DNA of 35,600 bases from Candidatus Nanoarchaeia archaeon (GTDB lineage: Archaea > Nanobdellota > Nanobdellia > UBA10117), in assembly GCA_038851215.1 (NCBI GenBank), contig JAWCLD010000004.1, forward strand, positions 1 through 35,600. Direction: 5' to 3'. Shown piece by piece: positions 16,165-25,197 of this stretch. Position numbers and translations under genes: made by a program. Positions within the stretch are counted from its first letter, which is position 1. Each line of letters opens with the position of its first letter. The notes under the pieces were generated by a model, which searched no databases, was not told the DNA's origin, and was given only the letters and a program-made list of their open reading frames with translations.

Positions 16165-17559
16165 TCATTCAGATACTATTATTTTTCTCAAAGCAGGATG
16201 CATATCAAATGCGTGTTGCTTTGCTATATCTTCATACATTCTGTACATTATCATTACTGAAAGCAAAATTCCTGTTCCTCGACTTAATGCTCCGCCTAAG
16301 TCAGCGAGAGCCGCAAGTGCGCCAACAGTTATTGCACCCATTACCGTTAGACCAGGTATGTATCTGTTGAGAATAGATTCGAGGACGCGAGGATCGCGCC
16401 TAAAGCCAGGTATCTGCAAACCAGAAGCTATGATCTGTTTTGCCTGCGATGCAGCATCCATATTTGCCGTCTTTACCCATAGTACGGAGAAAAGAACAGC
16501 TCCGACTATCATGAATGTACAATAACCAAGTACCTGGCCTAACATTGTCCAGTTCGCTGAGCGAGTTATAAGTGCGCTAATTATGTCTGGCGAATGTATC
16601 CATTTTACAAAACCTGAGGCAGGCATGTTACCTGAAAATGTTCCAAGTATGGGAAAGCCCGCATTTTGTAGCAATCTTGCCCATAATTGTATATTTGCCA
16701 TCAGTGCGGCAATGAGGATTACAGGTATATTGGACGTATAAATGAAGCGAAGAGGCCACCGCATTCCAAAACCTCGCACTCTGCCAAATGACAAGGGTAT
16801 TTCCACTTTCATCGCCTGTGCATAAACTGATATGAGAAATACTACTATTGTAATTATAATCCCTGAAACCGCTAGAGCTGCACCTATACTGTCGCCTACG
16901 GAAAGAGCTTTGAAAAGAAACGGCACTGCACCTATTGGCACATCAGGATTCTGTGGCGATGCAAGAGGATTGAACGCTCTTACAAAAATTTGCCCGGCCA
17001 CCCCCGCAACGATAAAGAGACCTACACCAGAGCCAAAACCCCACTTAGAGCAGACCTCATCCATTAGTACTATAAGATAGCCACCTATTGCAAGCTGGCT
17101 AATTAATACGATCTGCATCAGCACATAACTTAAAGTTCCTGCTAATGCTGGATCTGGAGCTAGCCCACCCATCAACACATACACGGCAGCTTCGAACACT
17201 ACAAAGAAAAGGACTGCAACTTTTTGCATCGCCTGAAATTTTGCCTTTCCTTCTTTTGATGTTAAATCGATACCGAGAAGACCTGAGCCGACAAGCAACT
17301 GCATTATAATACTTGCAGTTACAATTGGCCCAATACCTAAAGATACAATAGAACCGAAGCTTGCGCCCAATATTATTGAAAGGTATTCGAATTGTTGTAG
17401 TGCATTTTGGCCAAGACCTATCAGTGGGATATACGAAAGAATGAAAAATAATACTAAGATTATGCCTGTCCAAAACAGTTTTTTGTTAAAAGCAAGTCTT
17501 TCTACCTCCGGTTTCTTGACTTCAGGGAAAAACTTTGCTATGCTTTGCCAATCGATCAT
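16165..17559 (-). CDS. secY: preprotein translocase SecY
   Basis: LGIGPIVTASIIMQLL, KWGFGSGVGLFI, YTSNIPVIL, GLQIPGFRRD. Confidence 0.98.
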   Translation of the reverse strand: MIDWQSIAKFFPEVKKPEVERLAFNKKLFWTGIILVLFFILSYIPLIGLGQNALQQFEYLSIILGASFGSIVSLGIGPIVTASIIMQLLVGSGLLGIDLTSKEGKAKFQAMQKVAVLFFVVFEAAVYVLMGGLAPDPALAGTLSYVLMQIVLISQLAIGGYLIVLMDEVCSKWGFGSGVGLFIVAGVAGQIFVRAFNPLASPQNPDVPIGAVPFLFKALSVGDSIGAALAVSGIIITIVVFLISVYAQAMKVEIPLSFGRVRGFGMRWPLRFIYTSNIPVILIAALMANIQLWARLLQNAGFPILGTFSGNMPASGFVKWIHSPDIISALITRSANWTMLGQVLGYCTFMIVGAVLFSVLWVKTANMDAASQAKQIIASGLQIPGFRRDPRVLESILNRYIPGLTVMGAITVGALAALADLGGALSRGTGILLSVMIMYRMYEDIAKQHAFDMHPALRKIIVSE

Positions 17560-18014
17560 TTTATCTCCTTAATTACGACAGAACCGCCAGCTTTTTCTAT
17601 CTTTTCTTTGGCCCTTGCTGAGCAGCTTGAACATATAACATTAAATTTCTTGCTGACTTGCCCTTCTGCAAGCAATTTTACAAAACCAAGCTTTGTTAAA
17701 TCTACATCATAAGTATTAACGTTCTTTAGCGCTATTCCTTTCTTCACCAAGATATCAATTTGCTCCTCAAGCTCTTTAATATTCATTAAAATAACTGAAA
17801 CTTTTGTGATTCTTGGTAGCACTTGCATACCCTGCTTTCCTATCGGCGAAGCGCCTTCCTTTAAGAATGCTGTTTCTCTATGTGCTCCACGCTTGCCGAC
17901 GCCGCCACTACGATAAGGCCTATTTCCTTTTCCTCGATGTCTTTTGCCAAATCCCCAACCGTGCGTTCTACTTCCGCGCAATTTCCGTGATTTTTTCTTT
18001 CTGCGAACTACCAT
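17556..18014 (-). CDS. rpl15: ribosomal protein uL15
   Basis: RGSRTHGWG, KRHRGKG, AKEKIEKAGG. Confidence 0.96.
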   Translation of the reverse strand: MVVRRKKKSRKLRGSRTHGWGFGKRHRGKGNRPYRSGGVGKRGAHRETAFLKEGASPIGKQGMQVLPRITKVSVILMNIKELEEQIDILVKKGIALKNVNTYDVDLTKLGFVKLLAEGQVSKKFNVICSSCSARAKEKIEKAGGSVVIKEIK

Positions 18015-18015
18015 T

Positions 18016-18060
18016 TTAATTCACATTCTGCAAATGAAGCGTTTTCATAACCGCATCCAT
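18016..18060 (-). CDS. 14-aa bridging mini-ORF MDAVMKTLHLQNVN
   Basis: ATG 1 nt after the uL30 TAA; its TAA is 1 nt before the uL15 ATG. Confidence 0.45.
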   Translation of the reverse strand: MDAVMKTLHLQNVN

Positions 18061-18061
18061 C

Positions 18062-18538
18062 TTAAATCATCCTCTGCAGCAGCTTGTTAATGTCTTTACC
18101 TCTATATCCGAGGGCGCCACCTTCGGCAAAGCTTTTTTTAATACCAAGTCGTTCGAAACCGCCAACAGGAGGGTGCAAGCGGAAAAAAGGCTTTAATCCG
18201 GGTATAGATTTTAACTCAGTTTTAAACATAAAAAAATCATCAGAAAATTTTTGAAAATCTGAATTTGTTTTCGCTTTGAGATAATCTTCGGTTAATGGTT
18301 TATTTCCAGCTAGCCTACCCCTTGCCTTTAGAAGTTTGTTGAAAGTCTCTTTATCAAGTTCGCCAAAAGTAACGAAATCTTTTATCTTTTGCAGCATACC
18401 AAGAATACTTTGTGTACTGGGAAAGATGACGCAATAGTTTTTTTTGTATAAGCGTAGTAGCTTTAATGTCTTACGAACATCTGCGCTAATTCCAACATCT
18501 CCACGGATGCGAACAATTGCGAGTCTTGTCTTTTCCAT
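18062..18538 (-). CDS. rpl30: ribosomal protein uL30
   Basis: AIVRIRG, TLKLLRL, KPFFRLHPP, GALGYRG. Confidence 0.97.
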   Translation of the reverse strand: MEKTRLAIVRIRGDVGISADVRKTLKLLRLYKKNYCVIFPSTQSILGMLQKIKDFVTFGELDKETFNKLLKARGRLAGNKPLTEDYLKAKTNSDFQKFSDDFFMFKTELKSIPGLKPFFRLHPPVGGFERLGIKKSFAEGGALGYRGKDINKLLQRMI

Positions 18539-18552
18539 TTTTGGTCAAACGC

Positions 18553-19332
18553 TTAAACAGCACCTCTATAAACCTTAAATTGCCCAGCACGTATTTCTGC
18601 GCCTTTTTTAAGAGCTTGGAATGTCGCAAGTATGAAGTTTCCTTTATGCCTTGTTTGGCCACGAGTTTTTGCCCAAATATCTTTGTAGCCAGCTGCTTTC
18701 AGTACTTTCTTAATTTCATTTTCGCAAACTAAGCCTGTGCCTTTTGGAGCTGGCATTAGCTTTACTCTAACACTACCGCACTTGCCTTCAATTTCGTACG
18801 GTAGTGAGTGGGGCTCGCCACAACTACATTTCCAACTTCCGCAACCACGTACAACTTCTATCAAATTTAATTTAGCATTTCTCAGCGCCTTTTCCTGCGC
18901 AGGTATCGATTCTTTCGCCTTTCCCTTGCCGATTCCTACATAACCGTTATTGTTTCCAACAATTGCAAGTGCTGAGAAGTTAGGCTTATTACCTTCAGCA
19001 GTTTTCTTTTGCGTTTGTTTCACTCGTCTACGCTTGCCACCGCCAAACTTACCTCTAGCTTGCCCTATTAAAATGAAATCACTAAATAAATTAGGTACAA
19101 GAGCGTCGACTATTGCGGCTTCTTTTATCTTGTAGCCTTTGGCAAAGATCTCTTTCAAATCTGTTATCTCCTTGGCCGCAACCTTCTTGCCAAGCTCAGT
19201 TTTAAATTCAAACTTTGGCGAAGCTTCTGCCACAATTTTGATTTCTTCTGCTTCGGCTTGTGCTAGCTCTTCCGGCTTTACAGCAGGCGTTACTTCTTTT
19301 GGTTCATCGTATAGCTTTTTTTGTTGCGCCAT
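18553..19332 (-). CDS. rps5: ribosomal protein uS5
   Basis: KTELGK, VGNNNGYVGIG, RGCGSWKC, PAPKGTGL. Confidence 0.97.
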   Translation of the reverse strand: MAQQKKLYDEPKEVTPAVKPEELAQAEAEEIKIVAEASPKFEFKTELGKKVAAKEITDLKEIFAKGYKIKEAAIVDALVPNLFSDFILIGQARGKFGGGKRRRVKQTQKKTAEGNKPNFSALAIVGNNNGYVGIGKGKAKESIPAQEKALRNAKLNLIEVVRGCGSWKCSCGEPHSLPYEIEGKCGSVRVKLMPAPKGTGLVCENEIKKVLKAAGYKDIWAKTRGQTRHKGNFILATFQALKKGAEIRAGQFKVYRGAV

Positions 19333-19333
19333 T

Positions 19334-19840
19334 TTACTTCAGTATTTTTTCCTTTACAGAATGGAAGTCTTCTACTATCTGATTTTTAAAGTAAGCTGCA
19401 ATATGTTTGCCTAAAATCCTATCTTCAGAAATATTTGTACTGTCAAAAGCTATTTGAAGACCTGCATCAATAGCACCTTTAATTGCGGCAAAGACTTTTG
19501 CTCCTTTTGTTGCACTATGCAAGCCAATATCTGCAATTGCATTTATTATTTTGGCTTGCTTTGCGAGTTTGCCTGCCAGTAAGCCTGTCAAATATGCGGC
19601 AGGCGTATTTTTGCAACTGTATTTCCAACCAAAATTTTTTAATTTTGCTGAATTTATAGTTAGCAAAGTTCTATCGCCTTTCGGATCATAGTTTACGAAT
19701 TGTATTGTAATGTAGTTTGTAGATTTTCTAACAACAATCCTTGGTAGTGCAGACTTTAGTAGCTTCAAACGTTTTTGATAGTTTGTCTTACCTTCGCGTC
19801 TTCTTCTGAATTTAACTGCGAATCGTGGTCCTCTTGCCAT
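19334..19840 (-). CDS. rpl18: ribosomal protein uL18
   Basis: FRRRREGKTNY, NTPAAYLTG. Confidence 0.97.
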   Translation of the reverse strand: MARGPRFAVKFRRRREGKTNYQKRLKLLKSALPRIVVRKSTNYITIQFVNYDPKGDRTLLTINSAKLKNFGWKYSCKNTPAAYLTGLLAGKLAKQAKIINAIADIGLHSATKGAKVFAAIKGAIDAGLQIAFDSTNISEDRILGKHIAAYFKNQIVEDFHSVKEKILK

Positions 19841-19843
19841 TTT

Positions 19844-20290
19844 TTATTTCATAAGTTTGTTTTGCTGTAGATAGATAAACATATGTCCTTTGTCTCTGAA
19901 AAAGCCGCCTTTTGCTTTTGCATAAATATCTTTGTAAACAGCTTGTGTTATTCTTCCAGAATTTTTTAAACGCTTTAATGTGGTCCTTATCAATCTAATT
20001 TTTCGCATCCAAAGTGTTTTGGCAGGTAGACGGGCATATTTTGCACCCTTTCTGCTTCCGTGCCCTCGTCTCCTGCTTTTTCTTCGTTGCGCCAGCTTTG
20101 CTTTTGCTCTGACCCTCGAAGGCGTTTTTGGTGGTAAAATCTTGATTGCACCACTTTTAATCAAACTACGAATATCCGTCTTCGTTATAGCATCTTTAAT
20201 TTCAGAAATTCTTTCTGGCACTAATACGACTCGGTCTACACCAACACCCGCAACTTTAGCAGCCAGAATTTTTTGATTGTGGAGCTCCAT
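19844..20290 (-). CDS. rpl19e: ribosomal protein eL19
   Basis: AITKTDIR, RRRGHGSRKG, WMRKIR, AKGGFF. Confidence 0.97.
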   Translation of the reverse strand: MELHNQKILAAKVAGVGVDRVVLVPERISEIKDAITKTDIRSLIKSGAIKILPPKTPSRVRAKAKLAQRRKSRRRGHGSRKGAKYARLPAKTLWMRKIRLIRTTLKRLKNSGRITQAVYKDIYAKAKGGFFRDKGHMFIYLQQNKLMK

Positions 20291-20859
20291 TATTTCTTAA
20301 CCTCCGTACTCTTAGGCTTAGGCTCTGTTTTAGTTTCGAGTTTAACCTCTTTTAATTTAGTGACTTTAGTCATAGACTTGGGCTCGGCCTCTACTTCAGA
20401 TTTAATTTCTGGCTTGGTTTCGGATTTGCTTTCTGCTTTTGCCTTTATTTTTGTTTCATAATCAGAAATAAATTTAGCAGCATCAACATTTACAAAAAGA
20501 ATTTTCTTTTCCATAGCCGCTTTCAAAATCTCATATCTTTTTTTGTTACCTATATTAGCGCTTAGAATACCTATTTGATGTGGTGGATGTATTTTATTTA
20601 TATCAGCAAGCGTATTGACATAAACAAATTCCGCTCCAGATTTGTGCAACCCGCGAACTTTTGCAGGATTTCTATAACCAACTTTGACGCTTGCGCGATG
20701 ACCGCGCTTGTGCTGGCGCATCTTACTATGGCGCCCTTTTGGCTTTCTCCATACTTCATCACGTATTTTGGCTCTGTGGTGATAATCTTGTCGAAGAAAC
20801 TTCGGTCTGGTTTTATTTTTCTTTTGCCTTAACTCTAATAGCTCTGTAGGAACTGTCAT
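20290..20859 (-). CDS. rpl32e: ribosomal protein eL32 with K/E-rich tail
   Basis: PKFLRQD, WRKPKGRHSKMR, GYRNP, RGLH. Confidence 0.96.
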   Translation of the reverse strand: MTVPTELLELRQKKNKTRPKFLRQDYHHRAKIRDEVWRKPKGRHSKMRQHKRGHRASVKVGYRNPAKVRGLHKSGAEFVYVNTLADINKIHPPHQIGILSANIGNKKRYEILKAAMEKKILFVNVDAAKFISDYETKIKAKAESKSETKPEIKSEVEAEPKSMTKVTKLKEVKLETKTEPKPKSTEVKK

Positions 20860-21413
20860 TTTGGTTTTTGGATTATGTAAATTCCGTCAGGAAAGACTCT
20901 TCTGTCTCTAGCTCTAACTTGAGTTGTTTGTTCAATAGAAGTTGCGGTTCTGCCAGCCAACTCGATATCTGGTGACTCAACAGTTATGATATTGCCTTGG
21001 ATAGAAACTTTAACATTTGCAGGTATGGAAGTTTTGCGCGGCTTTTTTTCGCCAAGAAAATTAGAAACAGAAAATTCCGAACCAGAAATAGAAGCAGTAA
21101 TTGGAAAATGAGTAAAAGTAATTTTCAACTTGTATGTATAAGGTTTTTGGACGCCTGTAATAATATTTTTAATGTGTGAATTAAAAGCGCCCGCAATCAT
21201 TCTCGCAGCTGCGGTTTTGTTTTTTGTTTTAATTAAGACTTTATTTTCTTCGACCTTAATTTCAATGCTCTTTGTTGGAAAAGTCCTTTCAACTTTGCCA
21301 GCAGGTCCACTAGCAATTATATTACCATTTTGTATTGCTAGCTGTACACAAGGTGGTATTATAATCTCATATACCGTATTATTGTGTACTGGAGCGTTGG
21401 TTTTAGTAGACAT
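20856..21413 (-). CDS. rpl6: ribosomal protein uL6
   Basis: HFPI, NFLGEK, RDRRVFPDGIYI; start at ATG 21413. Confidence 0.97.
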   Translation of the reverse strand: MSTKTNAPVHNNTVYEIIIPPCVQLAIQNGNIIASGPAGKVERTFPTKSIEIKVEENKVLIKTKNKTAAARMIAGAFNSHIKNIITGVQKPYTYKLKITFTHFPITASISGSEFSVSNFLGEKKPRKTSIPANVKVSIQGNIITVESPDIELAGRTATSIEQTTQVRARDRRVFPDGIYIIQKPK

Positions 21414-21792
21414 ATGCAAGCAACACACCTCCTTGATTTGCAGCCTTAGCGTCTAAATGCGTCATAATACCTTTTGACGTCGAAACTATTAACCTACCAA
21501 AATCTTTCGCTGGCAAATATCTTTTTTCAAATTTTTCAAATTCTTCAAGCGTTGCAGAAAATCTTGGCTTAATAACACCAATATCGTTAATTAGATTGCT
21601 TAAGATAATTCGAGCATGGCCTCCTCTTTTATCGGTAAAAATTTCAAAAGCTTCGATATAGCCTTCTTTTTTAAGAATTTCAAAAATCTTAATTACTAAT
21701 TTAGAAATTGGTCTAACTATTACTTCTTTTTGTCCCTTTTCTTTCACATTTTTCAGTGCACATAGTGCATCTGCTAACACGTCGTGTTTCAT
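21403..21792 (-). CDS. rps8: ribosomal protein uS8
   Basis: DVLADAL, IKPRF, YLPAKDFG, GGVLLAYVY; ATG at 21792, in-frame TTG at 21819. Confidence 0.97.
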   Translation of the reverse strand: MKHDVLADALCALKNVKEKGQKEVIVRPISKLVIKIFEILKKEGYIEAFEIFTDKRGGHARIILSNLINDIGVIKPRFSATLEEFEKFEKRYLPAKDFGRLIVSTSKGIMTHLDAKAANQGGVLLAYVY

Positions 21793-21826
21793 TTTACCTT
21801 TAGTGAGTTGCGTCAGCAACGGTATT

Positions 21827-22045
21827 TCACCGCAGCTTCCTGAATCCTAAATCCTTCGCAACTTCGCGGAAACATCTGCCACAGATATTTAACTTATATT
21901 TAGATATGTGTCTGCGCGTCCCTCCGCATCTAATGCAGATGGCCAGCCTTTGGCCAAACTTGCGTGGTTTAGGAACATTATGTCTGAGGAACCTTTGCTT
22001 CTTAGTTTTGCCGACCATGATTTTCTCTGATACGGCTCGTTTCAT
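21827..22045 (-). CDS. rps14: ribosomal protein uS14
   Basis: CIRCG...ICGRCFRE...LGFRK. Confidence 0.96.
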   Translation of the reverse strand: MKRAVSEKIMVGKTKKQRFLRHNVPKPRKFGQRLAICIRCGGTRRHISKYKLNICGRCFREVAKDLGFRKLR

Positions 22046-22046
22046 T

Positions 22047-22583
22047 CTATTCAGACTCCTTTTCTTTTAGACCAAACTTAGCCTGCGCCCATGCGAAGGC
22101 TTCATCAGCTTTTATTATGTGGCTAGCACCGATTTTAGCCTTTTTAATCTTTCTCTTTGCAACCCGGTAACCTCTGCGCTTAAGCGAAACGGCAACGTCA
22201 AGCCCTATAATACCAATTTCAGGGTCGTATTTCATTTCAGGTATATCTACGTATTCCTTGATGCCAAATGAGAAGCCATTTTTTGTGAATGATTTTCGAG
22301 GAAGTGCAAAGTCCACCGCCGCAAGTAAGCGCTTTAGCAACGCCTCTGCTGCCTTGCCTCTAACTGTAACACGGGCGCCAATAGGCAAGCCCGGCCTGAT
22401 TTTCCATGTTGGGATTCGCTTTTTGGCAAAAGTTTTTACCGCCCTTTTGCCAGAAATTTTACTTAGTAAAGAAACTGCTTTTTCTACATTCTCTACTTCA
22501 GTGCCTGCGCCGATATTTAATGTTAAAGAAGCAATTAAAATTTCTTTCATTGGATTTTCTTTTATGTTTATGTTAGAGCTCAT
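22047..22583 (-). CDS. rpl5: ribosomal protein uL5
   Basis: NPMKEI, PIGARVTVRG, FSFGIKEY, YDPEIGIIG. Confidence 0.97.
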   Translation of the reverse strand: MSSNINIKENPMKEILIASLTLNIGAGTEVENVEKAVSLLSKISGKRAVKTFAKKRIPTWKIRPGLPIGARVTVRGKAAEALLKRLLAAVDFALPRKSFTKNGFSFGIKEYVDIPEMKYDPEIGIIGLDVAVSLKRRGYRVAKRKIKKAKIGASHIIKADEAFAWAQAKFGLKEKESE

Positions 22584-23293
22584 GGTAGTGTAATCTCCGC
22601 TGCATTTTTGCCAATCACGAAAAGCTCCTTTAGAGGAATTTTTAGCTTTTTTTCGTCAATTATCGTAATTGCGTATCGTTTTTTCCGTAAAATGCCTTCT
22701 TCTACAAAATCTGAAATTGTAACAACCTTGCCAGCGTGAGCACCACCTATTACATATGCTATGCAACCAGGTTCAAGTGCTATGTGTTTGATGGGTTTAC
22801 CCTCTTTTGCATCAAAAAGGACGCAATCACCTATTTTATAAATATCTTTATCGGCAATGAAATTCCAACCATTCGAAACGTGAATTTGCATTTTACCACC
22901 TTTAATTGTGTGTTTGCCTTCAACTTTTGTGATAATGAGATCTGTTTCTGTATGAGGGATTTCTATAAGCTTTAGCTGGCCTTTATTATCGAGCACAACA
23001 CGATAGTATTTATTATACTTCAAAATTTTTAGAGTATCAAAAAGACCGACAGGGAAACGTGCCTCTTTCCTTACCTTACCGTTTACTAAAACGAGATTTT
23101 GATTTAGAATTCTTTTGACTTCGGCTTTAGACTTGGCTAGATGTAAAATATCGATAAGATAAATTTGAAGGGGCATACTGTATTGCATAGAATGTGTAGC
23201 AGGTATGGGTTTAGCTATCCATTTAGCCTTTTTTCGTGCTATAGGCCATGTTTTCGGCGCCGCAAGTCTCGAAAGATGTTTTTGTTTTGACAT
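22580..23293 (-). CDS. rps4e: ribosomal protein eS4
   Basis: HLSRLAAPKTWPI, FPVGLFD, GGAHAG. Confidence 0.97.
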   Translation of the reverse strand: MSKQKHLSRLAAPKTWPIARKKAKWIAKPIPATHSMQYSMPLQIYLIDILHLAKSKAEVKRILNQNLVLVNGKVRKEARFPVGLFDTLKILKYNKYYRVVLDNKGQLKLIEIPHTETDLIITKVEGKHTIKGGKMQIHVSNGWNFIADKDIYKIGDCVLFDAKEGKPIKHIALEPGCIAYVIGGAHAGKVVTISDFVEEGILRKKRYAITIIDEKKLKIPLKELFVIGKNAAEITLP

Positions 23294-23294
23294 T

Positions 23295-23675
23295 TTATCT
23301 CCGTTCTAAAACTTTGAGCCTTTTCTTATCGTCTAAGTTTAAGGAAACGAGCATTAGTTTTGAAGGATCGATAGGTCTTGAAACTTTTGGAGCTCCTTCC
23401 TTTTTCTGGAGCTCTGCACCTTTTACGAAAACCTTATAGCGGTGCAGGTCAACTTTTTCTACATCTCCAATAATGCCACGAAACTTACCTCTCATTATTT
23501 TCACCTTATCACCCTTTCTTATTGGCAGAGAGCGTTTTTTGTACTTTAAGCGTAATTCTTTTGACAAATGACCTGCAATCATTTTATGTCTTAGATGCAG
23601 CGGTGCATTTGTTCTGTATCTTCGCTGCTTTTTTGGCAGTGAAGATGATCTCCATTTTATGCTAAAGTATTTCAT
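23295..23675 (-). CDS. rpl24: ribosomal protein uL24
   Basis: PKKQRRY, APLH, IRKGDKVKIMRG. Confidence 0.97.
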   Translation of the reverse strand: MKYFSIKWRSSSLPKKQRRYRTNAPLHLRHKMIAGHLSKELRLKYKKRSLPIRKGDKVKIMRGKFRGIIGDVEKVDLHRYKVFVKGAELQKKEGAPKVSRPIDPSKLMLVSLNLDDKKRLKVLERR

Positions 23676-23744
23676 AGCATGAACCTCGTTCTTTCAGCTC
23701 TAAATTATATCTATGGTTATGTTTCCACCTTTTTCTTTTGTTTA

Positions 23745-24149
23745 TCATAATACGATTGTTGCCTGCTTAGCCACATTGGGCCAGCGTATGGCCACCTCCT
23801 TTGCTATTGGACCTTTGATAAGAGTGCCTTTTGGCATCCCAAGTCTTACATCTTTTAGCACAACAGCAGCATTATCTTCGAAGCGAACTTTAAGACCTTC
23901 AGGTCTTGTAAACTCTTTCTTTTGTCTTACTACAACTGCTTGGACAACTTTATGTCGCATTTCAGGGTCGCCAACTTTTACAGTACCTGTCACAAGGTCG
24001 GCAACGCCAGCAGACATTAGTTTTTTTGTCCTTGTCTTGTAGCCTTTTACAGTAATTATTTGTAAGATCTTGGCGCCACTGTTATCAACAACATTTAGAT
24101 TTGCACCAATCGGCAGTGCTTTACTAACCTTTGATTTGATCGCTTTCAT
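23745..24149 (-). CDS. rpl14: ribosomal protein uL14
   Basis: DNSGAK, AVVVRQKK, FEDNAAV, GPIAKE. Confidence 0.98.
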   Translation of the reverse strand: MKAIKSKVSKALPIGANLNVVDNSGAKILQIITVKGYKTRTKKLMSAGVADLVTGTVKVGDPEMRHKVVQAVVVRQKKEFTRPEGLKVRFEDNAAVVLKDVRLGMPKGTLIKGPIAKEVAIRWPNVAKQATIVL

Positions 24150-24215
24150 TTTTATCTTCTGTAAAAGTTCGATAAGCTAATTTCGACTTTGCAATCTTTG
24201 AAATATAATTGTTTA

Positions 24216-24518
24216 TCATAGTTTCTCCCAAACTACAAATTGTACTGTTTTTGAAATTGGTTTGCATTCGACGATTCTTACTTTATCACCTGTCTTGACC
24301 GAAATGCAATCGGGAACATGAGCCATAACTCTTGTCCGTTTTTTTTCATAACGTTCATATTTAGGTAAATAGCGCAAAAAGGGCCACTCAACTTTAACGG
24401 TTTTTTGCATTTTATCTCCAATAACAATACCATCAAAAACCTGGCCACGAGCCTTCAGGCTACCGTGAAAAGGGCAGTTTCTATCTGTGCAGAGTGTTTC
24501 AGTCTTTTTTTCAGCCAT
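24216..24518 (-). CDS. rps17: ribosomal protein uS17
   Basis: CTDRNCPFHG, KYERYEK, ECKPISKT. Confidence 0.98.
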   Translation of the reverse strand: MAEKKTETLCTDRNCPFHGSLKARGQVFDGIVIGDKMQKTVKVEWPFLRYLPKYERYEKKRTRVMAHVPDCISVKTGDKVRIVECKPISKTVQFVVWEKL

Positions 24519-24543
24519 GCTCTACGAGTGCCTTAGAATTAGC

Positions 24544-24556
24544 TTTTATAAACCTT
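24544..24556 (-). promoter_or_regulatory. internal promoter before rps17
   Basis: Minus-strand AAGGTTTATAAAA about 26 nt upstream of ATG 24518. Confidence 0.65.
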
Positions 24557-24584
24557 ATCTTAAGGCCGTACCCTGTTAGCAGAG

Positions 24585-24866
24585 TTAGTATTTTGGAAAC
24601 TTTCTCTTAATGCGTTCCCAAGGTCTGCCCACTAACAATTTTCCATTCACTTGCACTTTTTTGCCATCTGGTAGTTCTATTACTAAAATTACGGCTTCTT
24701 TGAAAATTTTCTTTTCTCTACCATTTACTTCTAAAGTAATTGTTTGATAAGATTCATCAATAATTTTGCCTGCAAGACCAATATTTGCAGGATTTTTGGA
24801 TTTGATAACTTTTGCGTTAAGGCCTATTAGTTCCTGCCGCACAATGTTAATTGGTGTAATAGACAT
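24585..24866 (-). CDS. rnp1: ribonuclease P protein Rpp29/POP4
   Basis: ELIGLNAKV, GLAGKIIDE, GRPWERIK; position between aIF1 and uS17. Confidence 0.95.
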   Translation of the reverse strand: MSITPINIVRQELIGLNAKVIKSKNPANIGLAGKIIDESYQTITLEVNGREKKIFKEAVILVIELPDGKKVQVNGKLLVGRPWERIKRKFPKY

Positions 24867-24867
24867 T

Positions 24868-25197
24868 TTAGCTCTTGCTTACTTCATCTCGAATCTCTAT
24901 ATTTCCAACATTAAAGCCTAGTTTCTGCAAAACCTCTTTGATTCTTTTTCGGTGGTCTCCTTGCAATTCTATCGCATTATCTCTAATATTTCCTCCGCAG
25001 GCCAAATTATGTTTTAGTTGCTTGATAACATTTTTAAGTTCTTGACCTTTCACATCAATACCTTCAATCAATGTTAGAAACATATCTTTATACTTGCCTT
25101 TAACTATTTTGACAATTATTTTCTGTTTCTCTTTAGCTATCGTTTCGCACACACAAAGTTCTTTCGGCAAACCACAGACAGGACAGATCTCACTCAT
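24868..25197 (-). CDS. sui1: translation initiation factor aIF1 (SUI1)
   Basis: CPVCGLPKELCVCE, LACGG, IELQGDH. Confidence 0.97.
   Translation of the reverse strand: MSEICPVCGLPKELCVCETIAKEKQKIIVKIVKGKYKDMFLTLIEGIDVKGQELKNVIKQLKHNLACGGNIRDNAIELQGDHRKRIKEVLQKLGFNVGNIEIRDEVSKS

Noticed and set aside
24519-24584. Bridging ORF between Rpp29 and uS17
   Set aside because: No ATG in the spacer; a strong TATA box explains it.
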